From an uncultured delta proteobacterium (GTDB lineage: Bacteria > Desulfobacterota > Binatia > Binatales > Binataceae), in NCBI GenBank assembly GCA_963842085.1, contig CAWJET010000001.1:1984001-2048000 (forward strand): a stretch of 64,000 bases of DNA. Direction: 5' to 3'. The position numbers were made by a program, and so were the translations under genes. Below the pieces are notes generated by a model, which did no database searches, was not told the origin of the DNA, and saw only the letters and a list, made by a program, of their open reading frames with translations. Numbering within the stretch: position 1 is the first letter of the stretch; each line of letters opens with the position of its first letter. Positions 37,513-46,929 of this stretch are shown piece after piece.

Positions 37513-38371
37513 AGGGAGATTCCTTCAATGACAGACGATAATCAGAATGCTGGCAATACGGGTGGCGCAGCGCAGGGAAATCAACAAGGACAAAATCCCG
37601 CGCCGGTAACACCTCCCGTCCCAGTGCCTCCTGCGACCACCACCAACCCTCGACAGACACTGAATACTGTGCAAGAGGAGGTGAGTCCGCGCGATACGCT
37701 GAACACGTCACAGCACAACAATCAGTCAGAGGCGCGGCGCTCGTTGAATATAATTCAGAAGGGCGGGAAGTGATCGACCGAACAAGCGTCATTGCGACGG
37801 CAGCCGCCAAAGTAATTGCCAAGAGCACGCCCGCGAGCGCGACTAGGATCTGAGCCATGATCATTTGATCAGCCTTGTGATTTGCGATCCGATGATTGTC
37901 CTGTAGAACTTGGTGCATGGCGCTTATGTAGAATCGCTTGAGTGAATCGGAGCCTTGTAATACTCGATCGCGCGGGAACCATGTTCCCTCACTTAGTTGG
38001 CTCCAATTCTGTGCACCGTGAAGTGCCATTAGAGAAAAGAGACACGCACTTCCTGCGGCCAAAGCCACGATCACGATTGCGATCAGCTCAAGCCACGAAT
38101 GCGTCCAAGTAGCACCGCGCATTAACAGAAGCGCCAGTATCGCACTACTATATCCAACAAGTGTCGTGGCCTTAGAATCTATGAGCCCGACACGCTCCTC
38201 GTTCGCCGTAAGCAACATCTGTCCGAAATCGAACAGTTCCGTTGTTACGTCTTCCGCCGAATATTTCGCGAGAAGTTCATCGACTTCGGCTCCGGGCAAT
38301 TCTATTGTCTTTGTCTTGCCCAAAACGGAATTTCGTAACCAGCGGCGCAATTCAGAAAAGTAGTTCTTCAT
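37418..38371 (-). CDS. Three-TM membrane protein (PycTM/DUF5706-like topology); tail beyond about residue 200 doubtful
   Basis: ATGA-coupled to the transposase stop; IDSKA-TM-TM-loop-IANHK-TM. Confidence 0.6.
   Translation of the reverse strand: MKNYFSELRRWLRNSVLGKTKTIELPGAEVDELLAKYSAEDVTTELFDFGQMLLTANEERVGLIDSKATTLVGYSSAILALLLMRGATWTHSWLELIAIVIVALAAGSACLFSLMALHGAQNWSQLSEGTWFPRDRVLQGSDSLKRFYISAMHQVLQDNHRIANHKADQMIMAQILVALAGVLLAITLAAAVAMTLVRSITSRPSELYSTSAAPLTDCCAVTCSAYRADSPPLAQYSVSVEGWWWSQEALGREVLPARDFVLVDFPALRHPYCQHSDYRLSLKESPYEEKITATVQDAHGTPAHRLRPQRRSETTSC
37528..37773 (+). CDS. 81-aa low-complexity peptide with three RxT/SLNxxQ repeats
   Basis: GGGAG RBS; PRQTLNTVQ, PRDTLNTSQ, ARRSLNIIQ. 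Confidence 0.65.
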   Translation: MTDDNQNAGNTGGAAQGNQQGQNPAPVTPPVPVPPATTTNPRQTLNTVQEEVSPRDTLNTSQHNNQSEARRSLNIIQKGGK

Positions 38372-39288
38372 TGGGTCAATTCCTTGTAAGTAAGTCTTCT
38401 GCCATCGGCTTGAGCGAGCGCCAACGCAAAGCGATCCCCATCCCCGATTTTCCGTTGGTTGAATCGAAACGTCGCGTCGTCAAGGTAGCGATCAAGCTGC
38501 CACGGCATCACGAAATGATGCGTCCCATAAACCGTGCGCTTGAAGTTTGCCCAGAAACTCTCGATCCCGTTCGTATGGACCGCGCCACGCACATACTCCT
38601 CAGAATGGTTAATGACTTCGTGCGCGTAGTCTGCGTCTAGTCCGCGAAAGGCCGCTGCCTCATCGGTATAGAGGATCGCGCCTGATTCGACGTTACGACG
38701 AATCACACGTTGGAGCGTTTCCGCCCGTTCGTTAGGTACGGATTTAGCACGGATCTGCCCGTGCCTTGCGAGCAATCCGAAGACCACGGCTTTGCCAACG
38801 TTGCCCGTTCCACGATGCAAGCGTTTGCTGCGATGTTTGTTCTTCTCCAGTCCGCCGATGCCTGTAGTATCGCCTTCAACCGGCCCAGACATAGGCGTCT
38901 CGAAGCTGCCCGCCCTCAACGCGAGCCGGATTCGATGGAGCATGAACCATGCGGTCTTTTGTGTGACGCCTAGGGCCTTTGCCAGCCGGTGGGAGCTATA
39001 GCCCTTTGTCGAGCAAGTGAGCAGCCAGACGGCGGGGAGCCACTTATCGAGCGTAATCGGCGAATCTTCGAAGATGCTACCGACCTTCACCGAAAACTGT
39101 TTGCTGCATGATTTGGATTTGCAGCGCCAGATCGCCCGCGTTTGGATGAACCATACGTCTCTCGATCCGCAACCCCTTCGCGGGCATCTTACGCCGGTCG
39201 GCCAACGGCATTCGGCCAAATAGTTACGACAGATTTCTGGGTCTGCAAAGTATCGAATCGCTTCAATCAGTGTCCGTGGCGTCTTCAT
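38368..39288 (-). CDS. IS1595-family DDE transposase
   Basis: RWPTG-CPRRGC zinc ribbon, GSIFEDS, VEGDTT, YTDE, HTNGIESFW. Confidence 0.95.
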   Translation of the reverse strand: MKTPRTLIEAIRYFADPEICRNYLAECRWPTGVRCPRRGCGSRDVWFIQTRAIWRCKSKSCSKQFSVKVGSIFEDSPITLDKWLPAVWLLTCSTKGYSSHRLAKALGVTQKTAWFMLHRIRLALRAGSFETPMSGPVEGDTTGIGGLEKNKHRSKRLHRGTGNVGKAVVFGLLARHGQIRAKSVPNERAETLQRVIRRNVESGAILYTDEAAAFRGLDADYAHEVINHSEEYVRGAVHTNGIESFWANFKRTVYGTHHFVMPWQLDRYLDDATFRFNQRKIGDGDRFALALAQADGRRLTYKELTQ

Positions 39289-39368
39289 AAGCTAGATACT
39301 ACACGCACAACGCTTGTGTGTCAAGTATATCAATCCCCTAATTAGGTGCTCGCTCATAGAGGTGCTGC

Positions 39369-39665
39369 GTGACCCGGATCAACATCGCGAAGGACATTCA
39401 GTCGCTTACGACCTTCAGGCGTAAGTCGGGCCAATTTCTCAAACAGATCAAGAAGACCAAACGTCCAATCGTGCTGACCGTGAACGGCAAGGCCCAGGCG
39501 GTCGTGCAAGACGCAGAAGCTTATCAACGACTGCTCGACATAGCCGCTCGCGCGGACGTTTACGAGGCTCTCCGGCAAAGCGAAGACGACATCGCTCATG
39601 GGCGGACGCGGCCCGCCCGCGAAGTTTTCAGCGAGATGCGGCGACGCTACGGCATACCTCGTTGA
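39369..39665 (+). CDS. Phd/YefM-family antitoxin
   Basis: DIQSLTTFRR...PIVLTVNGKAQAVVQDAEAYQ; GAGGTG RBS. Confidence 0.9.
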   Translation: MTRINIAKDIQSLTTFRRKSGQFLKQIKKTKRPIVLTVNGKAQAVVQDAEAYQRLLDIAARADVYEALRQSEDDIAHGRTRPAREVFSEMRRRYGIPR

Positions 39666-39900
39666 GCTGACGCTTCGCGCTCGGAAAGACCTGGTCGACA
39701 TATACGAACGAATCTCGGCTGACGACTCTGTCGTCGCCGCTCGCTGGTTCAACGGACTCGAGGCGGCGATCGCCACACTCGAACAGTTTCCGCGCCGCGG
39801 ACCGTCAGCTCCCGAAAGCGAAAAGGCCAAGCGGCAATTGCGACATTGTTGGGCGCTCACGCGGTTTGAGGTGTGCGCTCGTGGTCAGCGCGCGCGGTAG
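39649..39900 (+). pseudogene. ParE/RelE-family toxin remnant
   Basis: AYLVELT.RA.KDL..IY..I...AARWFNGLE.AI..L.QFP.R; ACG where ATG is expected; similarity ends at LRH. Confidence 0.7.
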
Positions 39901-40412
39901 AACAGCCAGGCGCGTTCGGAGATCGCGGCGATGTAGAACAGTGCGATCAGCGGCGCGAGGTCGCGCACGAGCGTCCCGGGAAGCGCTGGCGGCGGCGCGA
40001 TCGCGAGCGCGATCACGAGTGCATAGTTGATGATGCCGCCCCAGTGGCCCAGCCGGCTTTTTATCGGGCCTGATTCGCGGGCGCCGATCACGAACGAATC
40101 GATCGCATACTGGCTGAACGAGAGCGCTATCAGGATCGGAATGTAGAACGGGATCGCACCGGCCGCCGCTTCGCAGAAAAGTGCCGCCAGCACGAACGTA
40201 ACGTCCGCGACTCCGTCGAGCCATCGACCGCTGCTGCTCGCGACGCCCAGCCGCCGAGCGATTCGTCCGTCGATGAAATCGCTGGCAGCGGCGACAATCG
40301 CGACGATCGCGAATGCCAGCCGGCCGTCGTGCCCATGCGATTCAAGCTCGACCCAGACCGCGGCCAGCGCGAGCCGGAGCGCGCTAAGCCCATTGGGTAT
40401 CTGCGCGAGCAT
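39885..40412 (-). CDS. CDP-alcohol phosphatidyltransferase family
   Basis: PNGLSALR, DFIDGRIAR...G..LD.VAD. Confidence 0.9.
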   Translation of the reverse strand: MLAQIPNGLSALRLALAAVWVELESHGHDGRLAFAIVAIVAAASDFIDGRIARRLGVASSSGRWLDGVADVTFVLAALFCEAAAGAIPFYIPILIALSFSQYAIDSFVIGARESGPIKSRLGHWGGIINYALVIALAIAPPPALPGTLVRDLAPLIALFYIAAISERAWLFYRAR

Positions 40413-40475
40413 CGCGGCGCCGCGGCCGGCCGGCGTTTCGCTCGGTGGCGGCGAATGCTCTACAATCGTGCTCTT

Positions 40476-41459
40476 ATGCCCGGAAAAACTTCCCGCACGA
40501 TCCAGGTCGTCAGCCACGGCCCGTCATGCCTCGACGGCGTTATGGCGGCGGCGGCGGTGGCGCGCTTTTACGATGGTCATAAGGTCTTGACGACACTGGC
40601 CGGCAACAACGACGCCGACCGCGTGCTGCAGGCGCTCACGCTCAAGTCCGACGACGGCGGCAGCGAAAACGAAATCTGGATCACCGATTTGTCCTGGAAT
40701 TCACCCGCCACCGGCGCGCACCTGACGGAGTTGAGCGAGCGGGGCGCACGCATCTACTGGATCGATCATCATCGCACCGCAGTTTCCCGCGCCGACGCCC
40801 CGGAGTTCAAGGTGCCGTTCGCCGGCAAAGTTCTGAGCGAGCAATACTCGGCGGCGCGGTTGACGTTTAACTTTCTCAAGCGAATGGGGCGCGACCTTCC
40901 CGACCGCCAGCGCGCCGAGTTCGACGCCTTCCAGCCGTTCGTGATGATAGCCGACGATCACGATCGCTGGATTCACAGAATTGCAGAGTCGTCCGACTGG
41001 GCGCTCGCCGTGCAGACGCTCGGCGGCACGTCGTCGTATCGCGAAATCCTGAAACTGCGCGAGCCGCGGATGAGCCGCAAGCTGCGTGCGGCGTTCGAGT
41101 CGGGCCAGGATGCGATGCGCCGCAGCCTGGAACTGGCGCACGCGACTATGGTCGATCGCAAGCTCGACAACGGAATCACGGTGCGGACGGCGTGCTGCTT
41201 CGGCTACAGCAGCGAAGTTGCGGCGCACCTCTACAAGGGACAGACGCGGATGGTCGTCGCGCTGTTCGACTTGCGCAGCCAGGGCGTCAGCCTGCGGCGC
41301 AGCGCCGACTGCGAGGTGGATCTGTCGATCCTCGCGCAACATTACGGCGGCGGCGGTCATGCGGCAGCGTCCGGCTTCGCGATTGCCGATTTGCGCCGCC
41401 TGCCGGCCGAGCGGCTAGCGGAAATTCTGGGCGATCAGCTCGAAAAGCCGCCAGCCTGA
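40476..41459 (+). CDS. DHH/DHHA1-family phosphoesterase
   Basis: HG..CLDG, ITD, IDHH, SLR, GGGGHAAASG. Confidence 0.88.
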   Translation: MPGKTSRTIQVVSHGPSCLDGVMAAAAVARFYDGHKVLTTLAGNNDADRVLQALTLKSDDGGSENEIWITDLSWNSPATGAHLTELSERGARIYWIDHHRTAVSRADAPEFKVPFAGKVLSEQYSAARLTFNFLKRMGRDLPDRQRAEFDAFQPFVMIADDHDRWIHRIAESSDWALAVQTLGGTSSYREILKLREPRMSRKLRAAFESGQDAMRRSLELAHATMVDRKLDNGITVRTACCFGYSSEVAAHLYKGQTRMVVALFDLRSQGVSLRRSADCEVDLSILAQHYGGGGHAAASGFAIADLRRLPAERLAEILGDQLEKPPA

Positions 41460-41545
41460 GCCAACCCACAACGTCCGTCTGCCAGCGCCAGTCAGCATTT
41501 TGCGGGGCGGTACCATCCCTTGCGTCAAAGCTGGCAATTTGCCTA

Positions 41546-41583
41546 GACTGACCGTACGTTCATTTGACTGACTGTCCAGTTCA
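41546..41583. promoter_or_regulatory. Tandem putative TetR operators
   Basis: GACTGACCGTACGTTCA and GACTGACTGTCCAGTTCA directly before the tetR ATG. Confidence 0.45.
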
Positions 41584-41585
41584 CT

Positions 41586-42191
41586 ATGACCAAAGAAGAA
41601 GTAATCAAGGAATACCGGGTGCGTGAAATCCTCGAAGCGGCACGCCGCGTGATGGCTCGATACGGTATGCAGGGCACCACGGTCGACCGCGTTGCCGAGG
41701 AAGCGAAGGTCGCCAAGGGCACTATCTACCTCTACTTTGACACCAAGGACGAGCTGGTCCACGCGGCGGTGCTCGAGGGTTTGCGCGAGATGGTGGCGGA
41801 TACGATCGCCTCGGACGACCCGTCGATGCCGCCGCTGGAGCGAATCCGCAACCTCATCCTGGCGCAGTTACGTATCCAGGCCTCGAACCAGGATTTTTTG
41901 AAGACGCTCATCATCGGCAACTCGCTCGATATCGAACTCGAATCGGAGGCCGGCCGCGAATACATGCGGGTCTACGCCGGGCACCTGGACTTCGTCGCGT
42001 CGGTGCTGCAGGACGCGATCGATCGGGGAGCGATTCGGCCGCTCGACCCGCAATTCGCGGCGTTCATGCTCGGCGAGATGCTGACCGGAACGCTGCGGCG
42101 ACGGCTACTCAAGCTGGCGTCGAGTCCGCTCGAATCCGATGCTGAAGCAGTGGTGGAACTTTTTCTCAAAGGAATTACGGCGATTCCATGA
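41586..42191 (+). CDS. TetR/AcrR-family regulator
   Basis: TTVDRVAEEAKVAKGTIYLYF.TK. Confidence 0.93.
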   Translation: MTKEEVIKEYRVREILEAARRVMARYGMQGTTVDRVAEEAKVAKGTIYLYFDTKDELVHAAVLEGLREMVADTIASDDPSMPPLERIRNLILAQLRIQASNQDFLKTLIIGNSLDIELESEAGREYMRVYAGHLDFVASVLQDAIDRGAIRPLDPQFAAFMLGEMLTGTLRRRLLKLASSPLESDAEAVVELFLKGITAIP

Positions 42192-43288
42192 AGCCGTTTT
42201 TCAGGGTTCCGTCCCTCTTCCTGCTGGCTGCTGCGCTGGGCTCGCTGGCGTTGGCGGGATGCCATCAGCCGGCGGCGGCCGAAGTCGACAACAAGACGGG
42301 GCCGGCGCCGATTACGATCGCGGTTGCCGCGGCGCATCAACAGAGTCTCGATCGAACGGCCGAGGTGCAGGGCGCGCTCTTCCCGCGCGAGCATGCAGTG
42401 ATGTCGTCGGAAGTCGAGGGCACGGTGGCGGAGGTCGTCGCGGACTTCGGCGACAAGGTCACGGCCGGCCAGGTGATGTTGAAAATCAACCCGCGCGAAT
42501 ACCAGTTGCGGGTTGACACCGCGCAGGCGGCGCTCGACCAGGCGCGCGCCAAGCTGGCCAACTCGACGGCGCGCTACAATCGCGCCCGCACGCTAAAGGA
42601 AACCGGAACGATCTCGGCCGAGCAGTTCGATCAAATCGCGTCGCAGTTGCGCGTCGATCAGGCGGACACCGAATCGGCGCAAGAGGCGCTCGCGATGGCG
42701 CGCAAAAAACTTGGCGACACTCAAATCAAGGCGCCGTTCAGCGGATCGGTGCAAAAGCGGATGGTCTCGCTCGGCGAGTACGTCTCGCCCGGCAAAGAGA
42801 TTTATGAACTGATTGCGACTGACCCGATTAAGCTGCGGTGCCCGATGCCGGAGCGGTTCGTGCCGCTGGCGCGCGTCGGCATGCCGGTGAAGCTTGCGAT
42901 CGACGCGAATCCCAATGCGTCGTACACGGGGAAAATCACGCGCATCGCGCCGGCGCTCGATGAAAGCAGCCGCACGCTGCTGATAGAGGCCGAAGTCGCC
43001 AACCCCGACGGCGCGCTGAAGCCGGGATTCTTCGCCCACGTGGTCATGGATCTCGGGCACGACCGCGCGCTGTTCGTGCCGACCGCGGCGGTGCTGCGCT
43101 ACGCGGGCGTCGCGCGGGTGTTCGTCGTCGAGCAAGGGATAGTGCGCGCGCGCGAGGTGACGACGGGCAGCATCGTGGGTGACCAGACCGAAATCACCGG
43201 CGGGCTGAAGGAGGGCGAGCGCGTGGCAGTCAGCGCCGTCGATCGCCTGGCCGACGGCAGCGCGGTGATCGCGAAGGAGCAGTCGTGA
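42188..43288 (+). CDS. RND efflux periplasmic adaptor
   Basis: Lipobox LAGC, IKAPFSG, LKPGFF, GLKEGERV. Confidence 0.93.
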   Translation: MKPFFRVPSLFLLAAALGSLALAGCHQPAAAEVDNKTGPAPITIAVAAAHQQSLDRTAEVQGALFPREHAVMSSEVEGTVAEVVADFGDKVTAGQVMLKINPREYQLRVDTAQAALDQARAKLANSTARYNRARTLKETGTISAEQFDQIASQLRVDQADTESAQEALAMARKKLGDTQIKAPFSGSVQKRMVSLGEYVSPGKEIYELIATDPIKLRCPMPERFVPLARVGMPVKLAIDANPNASYTGKITRIAPALDESSRTLLIEAEVANPDGALKPGFFAHVVMDLGHDRALFVPTAAVLRYAGVARVFVVEQGIVRAREVTTGSIVGDQTEITGGLKEGERVAVSAVDRLADGSAVIAKEQS

Positions 43289-46200
43289 TTCTCGCCGACC
43301 TGTGCGTGCGCCGGCCGGTGTTCGCCACGATGTTCGTTGGCGTGCTGGTGGTGCTTGGCTGGTTTTCTTACATGCGGTTGGGGGTCGATCTGTTTCCGCG
43401 GGTCGATGTGCCGACCGTGATGGTCACGACGTTCCTGCCCGGCGCCGCGCCGGAGGAGACCGAGGCGCGCGTCACCAAGCCGATCGAGGAAGCGGTCAAC
43501 ACCGTCAGCGGCATCGACGAAATGCGCTCGAACACGCTCGAAGGCGTCTCCCGCGTGATCATCGAGTTCAAGCTCGAGCGCGACCTCGACGCCGCCGTGC
43601 AGGACGTGCGCGACAAGATTTCGACCGTGCTCGATCAACTGCCCGAAGGCACCAAGCCGCCGGAAGTGCAGAAGTTTGACCTCGACGCGGTGCCGGTCGT
43701 AACGATCACGGTCACCGGCTACCAGAGCCTGAAGGAGCTTACCGAGCTGGCGCGCCGGCGCCTCAAGGAACCGCTCGAATCGGTTGACGGCGTGGGTTCG
43801 ATCGATCTCGTCGGCGGACGCGAGCGCGAGATCCATGTCGCCGTCGACGCCGACAAGCTGCACGCAACGGGCGTGACGATTCAGCAGGTGGGGGCCGCGC
43901 TCTCGCGGCAAAACGTCGAGTACCCGGGCGGCCGCATGAAGCAGGGGATGTCGGAGGAGATGCTGCGCACGCTCGGCCGAATCACCGAGGTCCCCGATTT
44001 CGCCAGGATAATCGTCAGCGAAGTCGACGGCCGGCCGGTCACGGTCGGCGACGTCGCGTCGGTCGAGGATGCCGTCAAGGAGCCGCGCTCGCTGTCGCGC
44101 TGGGACAACAAGAACGCGGTATCGCTGGTGGTGCGCAAGCAGTCGGGCGAGAACACGATCGCGGTCGTCGATCGCGTCAGGGAGCGCTACGAGGCGATCA
44201 AGGGCACGCTGCCGCCCGGAGTGGAGGTGATCTTCACGCGCGACGCGTCCACGTTCATCCGCGAGGCGGTTCGCACCGTGCAGGAGCATCTCTGGCTTGG
44301 CGGGCTGTGCGCCGCGATCGTGGTGTTCTTTTTTCTCGGCTCGATTCGCTCGACGCTGATCGCCGCGGTCGCGATTCCGGTCTCGATCATCTCGACTTAC
44401 TCACTGATCCTGTGGATGGGTTTCACGCTGAATCGCATGACCCTGCTGGCGTTGACGCTCGCGGTCGGAATAGTAATCGACGACGCAATCGTGGTGCTCG
44501 AAAATATTTTCCGCTTCATCGAAGAAAAGAACATGGACCCGGTGTCCGCGGCGAAAGCGGCCACCGCCGAGGTCGGGCTGGCGGTCAGCGCGACCACGCT
44601 CTCGCTCGCGGTCATCTTCGTGCCGGTCGCGTTCATCCACGGCGTGATGGGCCGGTTCCTGAATTCGTTCGGCCTGACGATGGCGTTCGCGATCATGGTG
44701 TCGCTGCTGGTTTCGTTCACGCTGACCCCGATGCTGTGTTCGCGCTATCTGAAGCCCAAGGGCGCGGGCGGCGCGACCCACAACCGCAGCAAGGACTGGA
44801 AGGTTTTCCGGTGGATCGAGGACTGCTACGACCTGGCGCTGCGCTGGTCGCTGGACCATCGATGGGTGCTGGTGGCCGTGTCGCTCGCGCTGGTCATCTC
44901 GATTCCGTTCCTGGGCAAAATGGTCGGCGCGACTTTCATGCCCGACGACGATTCGAGCGAGTTCGCAGTCAACATCCGCACGCCGCCGGGATACTCGCTC
45001 GCGCATACCGACGAGATCGTCGCTCAGATCGAGGATCGCCTGCGCACCATCCCCGAAGTTCGCGATCTGTTCACCACCGTCGGCGACACCAACGGCGACG
45101 ATCGAGTGACGGTCGCTCAAGTCGACGCGAAGTTGTTCCCGCTCGATCAGCGCCGCCGCAGCCAGGAACTGGTGATGGCCGACGCGCGCAAGTTGATGGA
45201 CGCGTTTCCGGCGCTGCGCGTCAGCGTCGATGCGATCAAGCCGTGGGAACAGAGCGGCTATCGCGACGTCGCGGTCGAATACGACATGCGCGGTCCCGAC
45301 CTCGACACGCTCAGGACGTATGCGGACGGCCTGATGTTGCGGCTCCGAAAAATCCCGGGCATCGTCGATCTCGACTCGAGTTACGAGGGCGGGCTGCCGG
45401 AGCTTCAGGTCAATATCGATCGCGCCAAGTCGGCGGACCTGGGCGTGTCGGTGGACGATATCGCGCAGACGATGCGCACGATGGTGCAGGGCGACGTGGT
45501 CACGCGCTTTCGCGAAGGCCAGGATACCTACGACGTGCGCCTGCAGTTGGCGGAGAAGGATCGCGACAATCCGGTGGTGGTCGCAGGGCTGACGATTCCT
45601 TCAAGCAAGGTCGGGCAAGTGCGGCTGGATAACGTGGCGACGCTTACGCACGGGACCGGCCCGGTGCAGATCGACCGGCAGGACCGCCAGCGCAATATCT
45701 CGATCGTCTTCAACCTCGCGCCCGGATTCGCGATGAACAAGGTGATGGACGCGGTCACGCGCGAGGTCGACCAAATTCATCTGCCGCCGGGCTATATCAC
45801 GGCGTTCGGCGGCCAGAGCAAGATTTACGGCGAGATGGTCACCGGCTTCGTGATCGCCTTCCTGCTTTCGATCATCTTCATGTACATGGTGCTGGCGGCG
45901 CAGTTCGAGAGCTTCATCCATCCGATCACGATCATGTTGTCGCTGCCGCTGGCCGTCCCGTTCGCGCTGATCTCGCTGTTTGTGTTCCGCGAGCACCTGA
46001 TGCTGTTCTCGACGCTCGGCATCCTGCTGCTGTTCGGAATTGTGAAGAAGAACTCGATTCTGCAACTCGATCAAACGCTCAACCTGCTCCGTGCGGGGCT
46101 GCCACGACGCCAGGCAATCCTGACTGCGAATCGCGATCGGCTGCGGCCGATCCTGATGACCACGGCGGCGCTGGTCGCGGGCATGATTCCGGTCGCGATT

Positions 46201-46419
46201 GGGCAGGGCGCCGGTGACAGCTCGATTCGCGCAATCGCGCTGGTCGTGATCGGCGGTCAGACGCTGTGCCTGCTAATCACGCTGCTGATTACACCGGTCG
46301 CCTTCTCGCTGTTCGACGACCTGGAGAATTGGTTCCGCAGTTTCCGTAAGCCGCCGACGCGGCTCAAGCTGGTCGAGCCGCTGTACGACGACGAGTCCGA
46401 GCGCCACGCGATCGACTAG
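43285..46419 (+). CDS. RND efflux permease (AcrB/MdtC-like)
   Basis: RRPVFA, GIVIDDAIVVLEN, KKNSIL, RLRPILMT. Confidence 0.95.
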   Translation: MILADLCVRRPVFATMFVGVLVVLGWFSYMRLGVDLFPRVDVPTVMVTTFLPGAAPEETEARVTKPIEEAVNTVSGIDEMRSNTLEGVSRVIIEFKLERDLDAAVQDVRDKISTVLDQLPEGTKPPEVQKFDLDAVPVVTITVTGYQSLKELTELARRRLKEPLESVDGVGSIDLVGGREREIHVAVDADKLHATGVTIQQVGAALSRQNVEYPGGRMKQGMSEEMLRTLGRITEVPDFARIIVSEVDGRPVTVGDVASVEDAVKEPRSLSRWDNKNAVSLVVRKQSGENTIAVVDRVRERYEAIKGTLPPGVEVIFTRDASTFIREAVRTVQEHLWLGGLCAAIVVFFFLGSIRSTLIAAVAIPVSIISTYSLILWMGFTLNRMTLLALTLAVGIVIDDAIVVLENIFRFIEEKNMDPVSAAKAATAEVGLAVSATTLSLAVIFVPVAFIHGVMGRFLNSFGLTMAFAIMVSLLVSFTLTPMLCSRYLKPKGAGGATHNRSKDWKVFRWIEDCYDLALRWSLDHRWVLVAVSLALVISIPFLGKMVGATFMPDDDSSEFAVNIRTPPGYSLAHTDEIVAQIEDRLRTIPEVRDLFTTVGDTNGDDRVTVAQVDAKLFPLDQRRRSQELVMADARKLMDAFPALRVSVDAIKPWEQSGYRDVAVEYDMRGPDLDTLRTYADGLMLRLRKIPGIVDLDSSYEGGLPELQVNIDRAKSADLGVSVDDIAQTMRTMVQGDVVTRFREGQDTYDVRLQLAEKDRDNPVVVAGLTIPSSKVGQVRLDNVATLTHGTGPVQIDRQDRQRNISIVFNLAPGFAMNKVMDAVTREVDQIHLPPGYITAFGGQSKIYGEMVTGFVIAFLLSIIFMYMVLAAQFESFIHPITIMLSLPLAVPFALISLFVFREHLMLFSTLGILLLFGIVKKNSILQLDQTLNLLRAGLPRRQAILTANRDRLRPILMTTAALVAGMIPVAIGQGAGDSSIRAIALVVIGGQTLCLLITLLITPVAFSLFDDLENWFRSFRKPPTRLKLVEPLYDDESERHAID

Positions 46420-46502
46420 CCACGCGCGCGCTTCCATCTTCAATCCCGTTGCCGCGTTCTGATACGCTCGCGCAATTGTTGAGCGCGGGAGACAAATCGA
46501 CA

Positions 46503-46862
46503 ATGGGCCAAATCTTGATCGTTCTGGCGCTGGGACTTGCCGCGGGCATTCTCGGCGGATTCGTCGGCGTCGGCGGCGGCGTCCTGATCGTTCCGGTGCT
46601 CGTGCTGGTGCTCGGTTTCGATCAGCATCTCGCGGTCGGCACGTCTTTGGGCGCGCTGCTGCCTCCGGTGGGAATTCTGGGTGCGTACGAGTACTACAAG
46701 CACGGCCACCTCAACGTCACCTACGCGCTGGTCATCGGACTGGGGCTGTTGCTCGGCGGTTATATCGGCTCAGTTTACGCAGTGAAGATGTCCGGCATCA
46801 CCCTTCGTCGCGTCTTCGCCGTCTTCCTGCTGATTATCGCGCTTCGGATGCTGTACAAATAG
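46503..46862 (+). CDS. TauE/SafE (TSUP) family half-size transporter
   Basis: GFVGVGGG...VP, AVGTSL. Confidence 0.85.
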   Translation: MGQILIVLALGLAAGILGGFVGVGGGVLIVPVLVLVLGFDQHLAVGTSLGALLPPVGILGAYEYYKHGHLNVTYALVIGLGLLLGGYIGSVYAVKMSGITLRRVFAVFLLIIALRMLYK

Positions 46863-46929
46863 TTCATCGCGTCATCGCGCTCGGCCTGATTTCCTTGCGA
46901 TCCCGGATTGCCCTTACTAAGTTCGCGCT

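Larger units (their letters stand above)
37317..39337 (-). mobile_element. IS1595-family transposon with passenger genes (element 2)
   Basis: 25-bp IRs GGGATTGATATA(G/C)TTGACACACAAG with 1 mismatch (37317-37341, 39313-39337); TSD CTAATTAG (37309-37316, 39338-39345). Confidence 0.95.

Noticed and set aside
37418-37770. C-terminal ~115 aa of the 317-aa membrane ORF as a real domain
   Set aside because: It overlaps two better-supported small ORFs and has no recognisable domain; probably read-through
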